Assembly: GCF_006345805.1 (NCBI RefSeq)
Contig: NC_043005.1
Location: forward strand, 87,544,001 to 87,608,000
From: Octopus sinensis
Taxonomy: Eukaryota
Reading direction: 5' to 3'
DNA: 64,000 nt
In this document: positions 38,276 through 52,650 of the stretch, one piece after another
How the letters are laid out: the number at the start of each line of letters is the position of its first letter
Numbering within the stretch: position 1 is the first letter of the stretch
Notes under the pieces: model-generated
The model's database searches: none
What the model was told of the DNA's origin: nothing
The model's input: the letters and a program-made list of their open reading frames with translations, nothing else
Translations under genes and position numbers: made by a program

Positions 38276-39196
38276 TCTAACATCCATTGGGATCAAAGAA
38301 TATATTTGCACATCATCCGATGATTTTATGTTAGGAATAGAGGTCTGGCCATATATCCACCAGTGTGTTTGTGAGTGAGTGTGTTTGTGTACGTGTATGT
38401 GTCTAGGTGTGTATATATAAATATAAGTGTACTTGTGAGTATACATGTATTTACACACATATCAATAAATCAATATGAGATTGGGCTTCTAGACGAGTGA
38501 ACAAACAAACATATAGACGCACACACATATCAGATGTAACATGCTATCTTAAAGATAGTATATGGATAGCGATATGTTTTCCCCTCTAATATGTATATAA
38601 TACAATTTTACTGAACCTTCAGTTTTTTTTTATATGCTAGACCACTGGTGTGAAATTGATGTTAATTAAATTAATATCTAATTTCTCACCCTCATTTTAA
38701 ATTTATATATATATATATGAATTCAAATAAACATAGAAACGAAAAAAAAACGAGGACGTACACTTGAATCATATAATTTTGACACTTGGTGTAAGGAGAG
38801 ATTTTGACACTTCGAGCATAGCTCTTCGACGGGAAACGACTTAAAGGAAAAGCCCAAAGATGGTAAAGACATCGACTATGTATGATTGGAGGTTTACTTC
38901 ATAGGTGATCTGAACGATTAGGTGCGCTAGCTAAGTGCCGTATTGGATTACGAGGGCTCCAAGTTTATATCTGAGGCGGTAGTTATGGAGTCATTACAAA
39001 TTTCCGAGGCAGCGGATATATAATTGCTAAAGAATTGTCCTCTCTATATATTTAGAAGGATATGATGATTGCTTCGTCTTGACAGATGATAGTTGTCCTA
39101 TCAACACGCGCACGACAGCCGAGCACAAAGCACAATCCTTCCGTGGACGATCCCTCCGATGACTTCTAAAACCAGCTGCTACCTGACAGGCTTTAG

Positions 39197-39233
<37 letters not shown>

Positions 39234-39429
39234 CATACACACACATATTTATAAACAGTAAATGAGTTGCCACATCAAAGTGGCAGTTGAATGTTACTAC
39301 TAATTTAACCCCAGGCAGATTCTCCACCAGCTGGTTTTCGGTCAAACATTCTGCATCATGTATATACATATATCGGTAGCAGACGGAGCAAACATCTACT
39401 CTATCTCTTCTTGAGATTTTATAACTATA

Positions 39430-39516
<87 letters not shown>

Positions 39517-39564
39517 GTGTGTGTGTATGTATATATATATATATATATTCTATTATTCTTTTAT

Positions 39565-39925
39565 TTGTTTTAGTCATTTGATTTCAGCCATGCTGGAGCA
39601 CCGCCTGTAGTCGAGTAAATTTGCCCCAGGACTTATTCTTTGTAAGTCTAGTAGTTATCCTATCGGGCTCTTTTTCCGAACCGTTAACTTACGGGGACCG
39701 TAAACGCACCCGCATCGATTGCCAAGTGATGGGGCGGGTGGGGGACAAACACACAGAAATATATACATATATACAACGGGCTTCTTTCAGTTTCCGTCTA
39801 TCAAATCCAGTCACAAGGCTTTGGTCGTCCCGAGGCTATAATAGAAGACACTTGCCCAATGCGTCACGCAATGGGACTGAACCTGTAACCATGTGGTTGG
39901 TAAGCAAACTACTTACCTCACAGCG
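39565..39925 (-). mobile_element. SINE family A
   Basis: Reverse complement of 52651-53064. Confidence 0.8.
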
Positions 39926-39977
39926 CCCATACACTCATACATATGCATATATATATATATGTATGTATTTATGTATA

Positions 39978-40015
<38 letters not shown>

Positions 40016-40379
40016 TGTATGTATATATATATATATACACATACATATATATATAATATATATATATATATATGTGTTTATATATGTATGCATGTTTATA
40101 TATATATATATATATGAATATATATACTGTCTTTTTCTGCTTATTCTGGAATGTATTCATATACTTGGAAGTATATGAGGAGAAGTAATCCGGCGTTTCT
40201 CACAGCCCTGTCCTTCGAGGAGACGCTCAATCTCTAATCTTTTCTACCTCACTTAATAAGAAGGCATCTATCATGAAATGAAGTTTTGACTGTTATTTCT
40301 CTAGCATATCTACTGACTTGCATATGGATACAGTCTGCAATATCTTTCAAATTCATACTTCCTCTCTCTTTCTCTATAC

Positions 40380-40411
<32 letters not shown>

Positions 40412-41062
40412 GTATTTTCTCTTGGTTCGTACAAATGCGCTATTATGTGCTGAATTGTGCTCATGTATGTCTCGATGTTCTCGTTGAGTGCTCAAACATT
40501 GGTACGAATTCACTGAATATGCAAGGGAGACGTGGAAAAGAATTAAGAAGTAAAACAAGACAGTGGAGAGTAACTGAGAGAGAAAATCAAGCGATTAATT
40601 CACTACGACAGAACACAGTGAAAGCGAAAGAAACTATAAATTGTGGAATTAATCTTAGACAAGCAGTTCGAAGCTCAGTGATTCTTGATGTTGCATATTA
40701 AACCAGTTGGAACATCCCCAACGTATTGTAAATGAATATGTATAAAAGCAAATCATACGATGTTTATCTAACTAGCATTTAATTAATATAATGAAGAGGT
40801 GATTTGGTGTGCATGTGAAAATATAAATTTCGAGTGAATAAATATATATTTAAAAAAAAAGATATTTCAAACAACAATAGCACGAATTTTTGTCAGTGAA
40901 GAGGTCACGGTTTCAAAGCGACGAAAATATTTTGACAAATTAAATTTAAATGTTGAAGTGAATCTAACGGTTTTGTGGGTTTCTTAAATGGCTTATAAAC
41001 ACCTTCCATGCTGCAATTGTTTTCGTTCCAGCACACGATCTCAGATTAGATCACTTGCTATG

Positions 41063-41120
41063 CAAGTACATCTCCGATATTTCAAGTACATCTCCGATAT
41101 TTCAAGTACATCTCCGATAT
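41063..41120. repeat. 20-bp tandem repeat, about 2.9 copies
   Basis: CAAGTACATCTCCGATATTT repeated. Confidence 0.9.
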
Positions 41121-42605
41121 CCCTAAACACCTTTCCTATAAAACCTGTCTAAATTTTCGACGTGATAAGTGTAGCACGCTTCAAGACAAATGTAAATATT
41201 TGATCGCAAATACCAGCGGTTGAATTGTGGTTGCCCCAAATGATGTCTGGAGTAACGTGATTTCACAGGTTGCATAAGTTAGAGATCAGAGTGTCTCCAC
41301 AAGTTATGCTATGCCTTCTCCGCATTCAGTGGTTATAGCTCTGGTAGGATGGATATGTGATTAGAATGTCCCAAGAAAAACTTGCATGTCAGATTTTTCA
41401 AGCCGAGTCGTCCGGCAGGGAGCTTAGGGGTAGACAAAGAAAATGTAGGGCTGGTTGCTTCTGTTAAAAGCCCATCGAGGTGGTTCTTGTGAATTCTACC
41501 TCCACCACCCTTCCAGAATAGAGGATGGTCTAAATGGATTGATGAGTCGATCGACGGATGGCTGGGTGTATACATGAATGGATGGAAGAAAATTCTACAA
41601 TATTAAAAGTGATATTTAGCTCGAGAATTAGTACAGACGACAACGAAGTTGAAGGAAATTTGGCTACCGAAAAGAAATTTGAACTCACAACATACAACAG
41701 GATGTATTACCTTCATATAATGAAATCGACGACGACTCCGTTAATGAAAATAAAATGCTTTGCTGAAAGAAAATAAAAAAAGTGCCAAGTATTTATTGAA
41801 ACATTATCAAACAATTAATTATCCTGTAAGACAAACAGATTGCGAAAGTAATTAATAGACGGATATATATCTAGGGGCAAAATTGCGCGACGGATCAATA
41901 TAACGGTAGGTAATTGGAATAAGTAATCAATAGAACGGTAAGTATAAAAATATTAACATTTGACAAAAATATATAAAGGAAAGCATTGATCCAAAAATGG
42001 TGATTATAAAAATATTAAGCTTAACATTATATACAACTTTGTGAATGTTCCTTCATTGACATATCAGATAGCCAGACGCAAACATATTGACATACACTTA
42101 TGTGAGATATATTGTGTGAATATATGCATACATGTACGTGTATGATTATATATGAGTATATGTGTGTGTGTGTTATGAGAGACAAGACACACATTTGCCT
42201 GCCTCCTGTCAAAGCTCGTTTCTCCAGCGTTCACCACTTCACCTCGTTATGGTTTAACAGCCCTCACCGTGTGATTTTACTGTTTTGTTCTTATTGACCT
42301 ATTTTTGTTCCCAATTTAACACCTCCGCAATCCCAAATTTTATTTAACCTGCTTTTTCGGGAACGTCTGCTTTAAGGAAGTCGTGTCTTGTCCCAACGTT
42401 CGAATCGCAGAGTAGATAAAACAGGGGACAGCTGATGACAGGATTGTTCTTTATGTGGCCTGTCTCGTTTCTCTATTTGTTTCTTTCGCTGTTCGAAAAA
42501 AGTTCGTTTTCCATGTTTTTGTTTTTTTATGTTCTCGTTTTTTGAAGTCCTGTGCCCATATGTGCATATGTATATACATATAGATGTATGTATGTACATG
42601 CATGT

Positions 42606-42641
<36 letters not shown>

Positions 42642-42642
42642 C

Positions 42643-42677
<35 letters not shown>

Positions 42678-42871
42678 TATATATTATATATATATATATA
42701 TACATATATATATTTGTACGTGTATGTCTATATATATTAATGTTTTGTTCTTTTCTTAGTCATTAAAATGATTTAATTATAATTAAAATAATTAGTTGCA
42801 AGAAATTATAATATATGCATACATACATATATATATATATATCTATATATATATATATATAATATATATAT

Positions 42872-42904
<33 letters not shown>

Positions 42905-43245
42905 ATATAATTAGGGCTTAGTAAAATAAATTACTAAAATAAATAAATTACATACTGAACTTTCTAGAAATAGCAGCCAAAAAGTTATTTTAGCCATTTC
43001 CACCACTTTAAGAAAATTTCTCTCAGATAATGTTTACTCATAAATAACTCACGAAGGTATGGAGGTATGTACTTGTGATATTTTTCTGTTTTTACCTCCA
43101 TACCTTCGTGAGTTATTTATGAGTAAACATTATCTGAGAGAAATTTTCTTAAAGTGGTGGAAATGGCTAAAATAACTTTTTGGCTGCTATTTCTAGAAAG
43201 TTCAGTATGTGGCAAAGTAATTTATTTTACTAAGCCCTAATTATA
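42905..43245. repeat. Long inverted repeat (about 155-bp arms, 25-nt spacer) next to (TA)n
   Basis: 42905-43067 is the reverse complement of 43093-43245. The inner 118 bp or so look perfect. Confidence 0.95.
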
Positions 43246-43667
43246 TAATATAATATTTTGAATTCGCCTTAAATGGTCCTTTTACATACTGAACACTACT
43301 TGGTGAAATGATTAATAACTAATTAATTTTACCCTCAATTGTTGATATATGTATATATATATATATATATATAATATATATATATATATATTATATATAT
43401 ATATATATATATACAGTTGAAACACTCCTGTCACACCTGGGACCTTGAAGACTGCTATAACGCATGAGAGTATACTAGTTCCCTAATATTTTATATTCAA
43501 CATTTCATCTATTCAATAAGACAATCAATACTTCCTTTCATTTTACTATATATATATATATATATTATTTATACTATATATTCTTTATTCTACATTAATA
43601 TTATAAAGAATATAAATAAACATAAAAACGGACAGAGTTGGGATTTCTTTAAATAATATATGTGTGC

Positions 43668-43708
<41 letters not shown>

Positions 43709-44525
43709 TGTGTGTGTGTGTGTGTGTGTATGTATATACACATATCAACCTACAATAAATACATTTTCCTGCTGCCACTCATTCGTTTCCTAATTGAAAA
43801 CTGCATCCAGAAATATATAGAACCGGAATGAAGAAGAATAGGAAATTTTAAACAAACTTCTAGGCCAGTATATTTAAACATCCATTGATTATCTAATACC
43901 ACGTGGATAGTTTGGACCAGCAGGGATTAGGGTTCATTCCAGTATAGGCACCACATGGTAAAGCAGATAGTATCTTGGCGTCAGGTAGTTGATGGTCTGT
44001 AGTGTTTGACGATTCAATATCTGTTACAGTTGTAGCTGTTGCTGAGCCGAGCGGTTTTGAAAATGTTTGGAAATAAATTAGCTTGCGGATCAAGCACTTT
44101 GTGTTTTGTGAATATGGCTGAATAATCTTAGGTCCTACTCACAGAACGCTGATTAAAAATCATCGGGCTATGGGAAACCGGTGAGTTTATATATTACAAT
44201 TATGAATCTGTCGAGTAAGTAGTTGGCTGGTCTTTCCAGATTACCAAAAATCAGTAGATTAAAGCTATCTTATGGTATAGCACCATAGGCAACGCCATTA
44301 AATCATAGACACGACTAGCACTTTAACTAGTACAAACACACGACATGACCAGGATTTGAACTCCTAATGTAAAAGCCAGAACAAATATCGCCCTAACACT
44401 TCTGGCACACAAGTCACTAGACAACGAGGTGGGTTTCACTGAAATCAGTATTCATAGCTTAATTTATTTTATTTTCCATTTATTTTCTTCCCTTCCGTCT
44501 ACGAGACTCCAATACTAATATATTA

Positions 44526-44622
<97 letters not shown>

Positions 44623-45328
44623 ATAAATATATGTATATATAGATGTATATATATATATATATACATCTATATATATACGTATATATATACACACACATAT
44701 ATATATATATATATATACATAGCTGATAACTTTTCAATATATGTAATCCTAGAGGTGACATATTATGCATGCTTTTAAAATCTTCTGCATTTCCACGCAA
44801 ATATGTCTAAGAATAAAGCACTATTCAAATTTCCATTAATAATATCAGGAATAGAAATGTTTTAAACGAATTTTGGTCATGCTAAGAACAACTGAGGTGA
44901 GATCTTTTTTTTTTCTAAAGGAAAAGGTTATAGATGGTAGAATTAAATTTTGTGACCATTTATTTTTCCATAAATGCAATGCATTTAATATCCGGGAGAA
45001 TTGATGATATAGTCATGAACGCAATCAGGAAATATTTCAACCCCTTCTATTGCGTGCAATCATTATGATGGGAAAATGAAATTTCCAGAAATTCTCCAAT
45101 GTGAAAAGGAAAGTAAAAGAGAAATGCTTTTTTAACGTATACTCTCATAAGTTGTGGATATGGGTGTATGCAGGCTTTTAAGTATGCGGTTATGCTCAAG
45201 CCTGATTTTCTGAATGTATTTTCATATATGTGTAGATGCACACACAATCACTTACAAACACACATACACACACAAATACATACTCACACGCACGCACAAA
45301 CACACGCATATGCATATATGCGTATACG

Positions 45329-45365
<37 letters not shown>

Positions 45366-45441
45366 AGCATGCATATATACATATAGGCGTGTATAAGTAT
45401 GTGTGTGTGTGTGTATAAATATATGTATATATAGATGTATA

Positions 45442-45505
<64 letters not shown>

Positions 45506-46142
45506 ATATCAGTCTATCTCTATATAAGTGTGTATGTATCATATTACACACACACACACACACAGAGAAATAGACAGACAGATAGATAGATAGCTACACA
45601 TGCACACATACATATACACCTACATATATATATATATATACATATATCTATCTATCTGTATATATATATATGTATGTGTGTGTGTGTGTGTCTGTATGTA
45701 TGTGTGTGTGTGTGTCTATCTGTGTATCTGTGTATGTATTATATTACACACTGAGAAATAGGCAGACATACCGACAGATAGATAGATAGATACGTACATA
45801 CATACATACATACTCTATAATTTTGTAGTCGGGGATTATCCTACAGGTAATGCGGCAAACCAATTCGTAAAGAACGCAGAAAAGTATGAAAGGCGAGATC
45901 TACAGTCAAAGAATGTGTTCAGTTCAGACAATTATGCCGGAGAGTGTAGTTCGTTAAATATTTAAGCTTCTAACTACTAATATATCATACATCGGCCATA
46001 TAAACAAAAATTAACGGAGCCTGGATATATGAAGAGTAAACATATCATAGGACATTCAAACTACCAATTCGTTCTTCAGTATAAAGACGCCTCGTCATAT
46101 ATATGCTTGAGCGCTTGTACCAATATATGTTTATATACACAC

Positions 46143-46177
<35 letters not shown>

Positions 46178-46186
46178 CGTGTGTTT

Positions 46187-46214
<28 letters not shown>

Positions 46215-46217
<3 letters not shown>

Positions 46218-46514
46218 AGGCGCGATGGCCCACTGGTTAGCGCAGGGGACTCGCGGTCGTAAGATCACAGTTTCGATTTCCAGACTGGGTTATGTGAGTG
46301 TTTATTAAGCGGAAACACCCAAAGCTCCACGAGGCTCCGGCAGGGGGTGGTGGTGATCCCTGCTGTACTCTTTCGCCACAATTTTCCCTCTCTCTTTCTT
46401 CTGTTGGCCTGCTCACTTACCCAGCCGTGTGGCGTCATTTGAAGGCTAAAACAATGTGAAGCGCATTGTGACCAACGATGTGTAGCAACATCTGGTCGGT
46501 AATGTGATCACGTG

Positions 46515-46516
<2 letters not shown>
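46215..46516 (+). mobile_element. tRNA-derived SINE family C
   Basis: GAGGCGCGATGGCCCACTGGTTAGCGCAGGGGACTCG...GTTTCGATTTCC; colinear with 49425-49736. Confidence 0.85.
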
Positions 46517-46560
<44 letters not shown>

Positions 46561-46567
46561 ATATATA

Positions 46568-46616
<49 letters not shown>

Positions 46617-46649
46617 ATGTGTATGTATATAAAGCGCCAAACTGTCTGA

Positions 46650-46915
46650 ATTGTTTGCATGCCGGACACTATGTTTAGGTGTTTAGTGGCATTTCATCCT
46701 TTGTTACGCCCTGAGTTCCAATTCAGCCGAGGTCGACTTTGACTTTCGCCCTTTTGGGGTCGACAAATTAAGTACCAGTGAGACACTGGCGTGGATGCAA
46801 CTGACTATTTTCCCTCTCCGTAAATTACAGGCCTTGTGCCAAAATCTGAAACCAGCAGGTGCCGCAGAATGGCCACAGCTCATGAGCTGAAGCTAGATCA
46901 AATCAAATCAAAATA
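46650..46915 (+). mobile_element. Family D repeat with LINE-type tail
   Basis: CTGAGTTCCAATTCAGCCGAGGTCGACTTTG...AATGGCCACAGCTCATGAGCTGAAGCTAG(ATCAA)3. Confidence 0.7.
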
Positions 46916-47332
46916 CGTACATGTATGTGTCTGTGTTTGTGTGTATGTGTGTGTGTGTGTGTGTGAGTATGTTTCTCAGCGTGTGCACACATGAAACCTT
47001 AAGGAAATTCGGATTATAGAATCACCTACAGAAGATATATTCAATCATTATTTGATTTCTGGCATCGCTTCAAAACGTTATTTGAAATATTTCCTGCAAG
47101 ACTCTGAGGAATCAAGGATTTACTTTAAAAACAAGTTTCACTCATAAAAACAGCAAGATGCTTCTATTAATATATTCGTAGACTTCAGCTTTCTAACCAT
47201 TTCGGTTCCTCTGCGGTCGTTTCAACAGATGCGTTATTTTGGCTGTCGTTTGATGTGTTGAACATCAAAGCGACTGACCGAAGATGGCTGTGATGGCGAT
47301 TAAGATTATATGTGTGTGTGTATATGTGTATG

Positions 47333-47375
<43 letters not shown>

Positions 47376-47424
47376 TATATACATATATATATGTATGTAT
47401 ATATATATATACATATATATACAA

Positions 47425-47469
<45 letters not shown>

Positions 47470-47510
47470 TATATATATAATAAATGTGTATGTGTGTTTG
47501 GCTGTGTGCG

Positions 47511-47550
<40 letters not shown>

Positions 47551-47647
47551 ATATATAAAGCATATACATACATATAGATAAAGACATAGCGAGAGTGGTA
47601 TAGATAAATGGATAGAGAGAATGTTAACTAAATAGATTGATAGATAC

Positions 47648-47684
<37 letters not shown>

Positions 47685-47936
47685 CATACATACATACATA
47701 CATACATACATACATACATACATACATACATACATACATGCGTACGTACGTACGTGCATACATACATACGTTCATACATACAAATAGAGAATAGTATACA
47801 TATAAATAAATGAATACATATTTACACATGCATAAAGATACACATCATATAGACACGAATATATACACGTTTGCACATATGCGCATTACTGTATAAACAT
47901 ATTCACAAACATTCTCGCATACACACACACATATAA

Positions 47937-47994
<58 letters not shown>

Positions 47995-48084
47995 ATGTAT
48001 GTATGCGTATATGTGTGTCTGTTTGTGTGTGTGTAAACATATAAATATATATTTGTGTGTGTGTGTGAACGTGCATGTGTGTGG

Positions 48085-49170
48085 GCTTATCTTATCATCT
48101 TTTAACGGTCACTAGTTTCAACCAGAAGCTGAGGAAACGCTAGGACATCGTCTTTTAGTGAGATTTGGAGGGGTTTTTTTTCTGAATTGCTTTTCGTGAG
48201 GCAGCGAGTTGGACGGAGCTGCTCTTCTTTGTGTCTTCTACTGCGGTTTGGGTTCATCTAGCATCGCAGAGGAAAAATTCCTCCGCTTATTATTTGACAA
48301 CCTCCACATCTACAGCTGGCAAATCTCTGAGGTGATTTGACAGAATGTTGAATAGTTTTTTGGGGGACACTTGAAACCTTACTTGTTACAGCTGCTAGAT
48401 GGAGAAGATGCGATCTCTCGTACTAGGCAACGCCTTCCACTTCGGTCACTGATATAATTTTCAATTCCATCACTGCATATCTTTCGCATCTTTTCTTTTA
48501 GGTTCTGTTAGCCTCTGCTAATAGCTATTCCGTTGCAGCGAGTCAATCATTTTCGTGTAGTGGAGTTCGGTTGCCTCAGTTTCCGGCACCAATTTGTCAC
48601 TGCGGTGAAAACACATCGGAACAGTAGTCCAGACGACGGAGAACGAAAGGTCTCCATAGGAGTACCATGTTATCCTTTCTCATAATCCATTCAGCTATTC
48701 GCCCGCAGAGTGTTGCCATCTTGGTAACATGAAGACAGAATGTTGCATCATTACTCGTCTGGATTCCCATGTCACGCTCCGTCTCAAACGCTGGGATTGC
48801 TCTATCCTATGGTTCTCTTTATTGTAATTTCGGTCTGTTTGTGGTCCGATAGTGGAGTCCTTGAAAACTCTCAGCATTGAACTGAATGTTGTTTCCAACT
48901 GTTCATTCAGGGCTTTCTCCAGTTTCAGTGTGTCATCAGAGTCCTTGAAAGCCTATGATACATTTGTATTATCAGCATAGCTGTGAGAGTCGTTCAACTA
49001 ATGACTGAAGGCGTGTCTGAGACAGCCACTAAACGCACAAGTGGCCTCAGTGTAGTCTACTGAGAGACTCCGCTGCTAGTTGATGTCTCTCTAGAGAGAG
49101 CATCATTGTCTGCAACCGTGTGACTTCTACCTTTTCAAAAGTCATGTAGCCACCTCTCTAATCCTTCACC
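48085..49170 (-). mobile_element. Highly degraded CR1-like LINE 3' part
   Basis: RC shows remnants of the VPQGTVLGPL/YADDT region (YADNT), RRCERYAV-like, LFNIL..HLRDL, DEPKP and RAAPSNSL segments. Confidence 0.6.
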
Positions 49171-49424
49171 GATGACAAGTCGGCGAAGTCACTTGGTTCT
49201 ATGTTCTGTTGTTTTTTGGGGGTTTTTATTTTGTTTTTGTGTTTTGAGGAATTCTAATTGTTACTTGTTACCTGTATTCACCTGACAAAATCGTTATTTT
49301 TTTACGGGATGTAACACTTTTGTTCAACAATAAAGAACACGTCTGGAACACACACACACACGCACACACATAAACACCGGCATATATATATTTAAAGTCA
49401 ATATATGTGTCTATATATACACAC

Positions 49425-49736
49425 GTGGAAGCGCAATGGCCCAGTGATTAGGGCAGCGGACTCGCGGTTGTAGGATCACGGTTTCGATTCCCAGACCGGG
49501 CGTCTGAGTGTTTATTGAGCGAAAGCACCCAAAACTCCACGAGGCTTCGGCAGGGGGTGGTGGCGATCACTGCTGTACTTTTTCGCCACAACTTTCTCTC
49601 ACACTTTCTTCTGCTGGCCTGCTCGCTTAGCCAGCGAGGTGGCGTCATTTGAAGGCTAAAACAATGCGAAGTGCATTGTGACCAGCGATGTGTAGTAACA
49701 CCTGATAACCTGGTCGATCACAGTGATCACGGTGAT
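49425..49736 (+). mobile_element. tRNA-derived SINE family C
   Basis: GTGGAAGCGCAATGGCCCAGTGATTAGGGCAGCGGACTCG...GGTTTCGATTCCC; tail GATCACAGTGATCACGGTGATA. Confidence 0.85.
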
Positions 49737-50171
49737 ACACACACATGCACCCGCGTGCACGCACACACATATACGTCTTTTAGCTCGAACACGCGAAGTT
49801 AAAGATAACGTTTGTCGCATAAAATTTTTCATATTTATAAATACTGATCATCCTTCTTAAGACAGTGCAACGTGTGATTTGAAGATATTTTTCCTAATTT
49901 CTACCTTGGCCAAACAAACCGTAGAAGCATTCAATACGTCTTTGTCTATTTCGGGTTCTACACTAATAATTTACGAGCCTGATCTTTACAATTTGGAACT
50001 GCAGCGGCTAATTTAAGCATTTCTATTTACCGCGTAGGGACTCCAATAATTGCTCCAGTAAGATACCGTTACAGACATTTTTATTACTACTTCAACACTT
50101 ATATTTATTTATCGCATTTTAAAGTTATAACAGCAGCAGTAGCAGCGGTGGCGGCAGCAGTAGCAGCAGCT

Positions 50172-50202
<31 letters not shown>

Positions 50203-50275
50203 CAGCAGCAGCAGCAGCTCTGCTTGTGTTTATTATTATTATTATTATTATATTATTATTATTATTATTATAATT

Positions 50276-50409
50276 AAGGCGGTGAGCTGGCAGAATGTTT
50301 AGCACGATGGACGAAATGTTTAGCAGTATTTCGCCCGTCGTTGCATTCTGAGTTCAAATTCTACCGTGGTTGACTTTGCTTTTCATCCTTTCGATTCTGC
50401 CGGCTCGCC

Positions 50410-50442
<33 letters not shown>

Positions 50443-50670
50443 TAACAATCCGTTCTACTATAGGCACATAGCCTCAAATTTCGGGGGAGGGGGGATAGTC
50501 GATTACACGGACCTCAGTACTCAACTGGTACTTAATTTATCGACCCCGAAAGAATGGAAGGCAAAGTCGATCATGGCAGAATTTGAACTCAGAACGTAGC
50601 AACGTAGCGACGAGCGAAATACTGCTAATCATTTCGTCCAGTGTGCTAACGATTCTGCCAGCTCAGCGAA
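50276..50670. mobile_element. Opposed family D copies separated by (AAT)n
   Basis: Plus copy 50276-50392, a short RC end 50393-50410, and a minus copy 50440-50670. Confidence 0.7.
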
Positions 50671-51045
50671 TAATAATAATAATAATAATGATGATGACGA
50701 TGATGATAATAATTGTAGTTGTGTGATTTCTTGTCTGCTAACGTTAGTAGTTATTGCTTGTTCTTTCTTGCAGGCCAGTAAGCAATATAACACAGGCGTT
50801 TTTATTAATGTCGCCGTATTGAGTATTTTTGAAAACTTTTTTTTTCTTCGTTTGTGCTTTTCATGTTATTCTTTTAGACAGACGAAAATGTGCAGCCAAT
50901 GTGTCGATTTGTATGACTATGATGCGCAGCAGAAAAAAAAAAAAGAAAAGATTCTGGTGAATCTCTAGCATTGTTGCAACAATGTCAACAGCGTCTGTGT
51001 TGTCATTTGACATGGGTTGTGTTCTTCACAAAAGAAATATATGTG

Positions 51046-51275
51046 TTTCTTTACTACCCACAAGGGGCTAAACATAGACGGGACAAACAAGGACAGACAA
51101 ACGGATTAAGTCGATTACATCGACCCCAGTGCGTAACTGGTACTTAATTTATCGACCCCGAAACGACGAAAGGCAAAGTCGACCTCGGCGGAATTTGAAC
51201 TCAGAACGTAACGGCAGACGAAATACGGCCACGGATTTCGCCCGGCGTGCTAACGGTTCTGCCAGCTCGCCGCCT
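51046..51275 (-). mobile_element. SINE-like repeat family D, well preserved
   Basis: RC GGCGGCGAGCTGGCAGAACCGTTAGCACGCCGGGCGAAAT...GTTCTGAGTTCAAATTCCGCCGAGGTCGAC. Confidence 0.8.
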
Positions 51276-52650
51276 TTTCCAAAATAAATATTTGTTTCAG
51301 CGGCTCACTTCAGTCACTTCTCAGTACATAGCAAGAGAATGTATTTTATTCACATTTTTAAATGTACTATTATTGTATACAAGATAGGGGTTTTGACAGT
51401 TTCTATAAATGTGGCTGTCAATTAGCTTCAAGGATATACTAATGAATTAATTACTCATGAGGCAGGAGTTCAAACACCATTATATCTCTGAGTAGGCCAG
51501 TTCAGTGAAAAATATCTGTTTACGCAGCTGTCTAGAATACATACAATTAGCAAGTCATTTGGGAAAGTTACCTGACATACTCAGAACTTATGTATTACAG
51601 TCTTTATGAAACTAAATTCAGGGAACTGCTTGTTTTGGTATTTTACAAATACCAAATTTGTCGAAATTTACGACGAATATTACACTACATTATCTGCGAG
51701 AACATTTCTTGATACAATAAACTATAAAAAATACCTCATTGATTTAGCCATCACTGTGTTACATTGAATACAACACTTCACCTTTATCTATATACGCAAT
51801 ATCATCGGCGCAGAAAAAAAAAGCTGCATGTTTCAACTGCACAGTACAAAAAGCTGTTGCTTTTTCTCTATACACGAATATATTGCGTTTACAGTACTAC
51901 ATCCGTAATCACATATTGTGCTGACTAAAAATGCATATATATATCGTCTAGCTTATTTTTATAGTTATGAAATGAAACGCTATTTATTCTTTTAATCTCT
52001 TGGGTTTTTTTTACTTGTTTCAGTCATTTTGACTGCAGCCATGCTGGAACACCGCCTTTAATGGAAGAAATCGACTCCAGGACTTATGCTAAATTGTATT
52101 ATTCACATTGAGAAGACCTCTCATGTGGAACTCTAGTAAAAACTTTCGTTCTTATATCGCTTACAGACGAGAGTCACTATCTGCCGTTGCCGGAACAGCA
52201 AGATCACTGTATTTCCCTCTGTTTGGGATTCCTTAGTGACAGATATCCTGTAGCGACATAACAGTCGAATCTACCGTCAAAGTTATATAAAATATCAGTG
52301 TCTGTTCTGGCACTGGTGGTACGAATGGGCAATGGGCTTATCAAAAAATAATTCAGTCACAGAAGCGGTATTAAAACCGAAAGGTAATCTTCATCTCTAT
52401 TCTGAAAACAGAATACTTCGTTCTTAACCCTGAGGAGATTTCTCATTAAGGACATATGGTGCATTAAAACCTTCGTACTTATACCGTTGAAAAACGAGAA
52501 CCATCTGCAATGATCACCGGTACTACCATATCACGGAATTTCGCTGTTTCGGGGTTCCTCAATGACAGACACTCCGTAGTAACATAACAGTCTGGGCCTA
52601 CGCAACTTACAAAAGATATAGAAAAAATACAGGAATATAAAATAGCATAT

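Noticed and set aside
41063-41120. CRISPR-like repeat
   Set aside because: Head-to-tail 20-mers with no spacers, in a eukaryotic context.
42385-42465. Half hammerhead: GTC, 7-bp stem (TTGTCCC/GGGACAG), CTGATGA, CAGG/CCTG
   Set aside because: No GAAA or stem III partner follows, so the core cannot be completed.
43893-44093. 66-aa ORF in unique sequence
   Set aside because: No motif or splice support; cannot be called without RNA-seq.
48920-48945. CTGATGA...GAAA on the minus strand
   Set aside because: It lies in RT coding remnant (SDDTLK) and has no stems.
46215-49510. tRNA-like sequences with A/B boxes
   Set aside because: They are SINE heads continuing into shared SINE bodies, and no complete cloverleaf was found.
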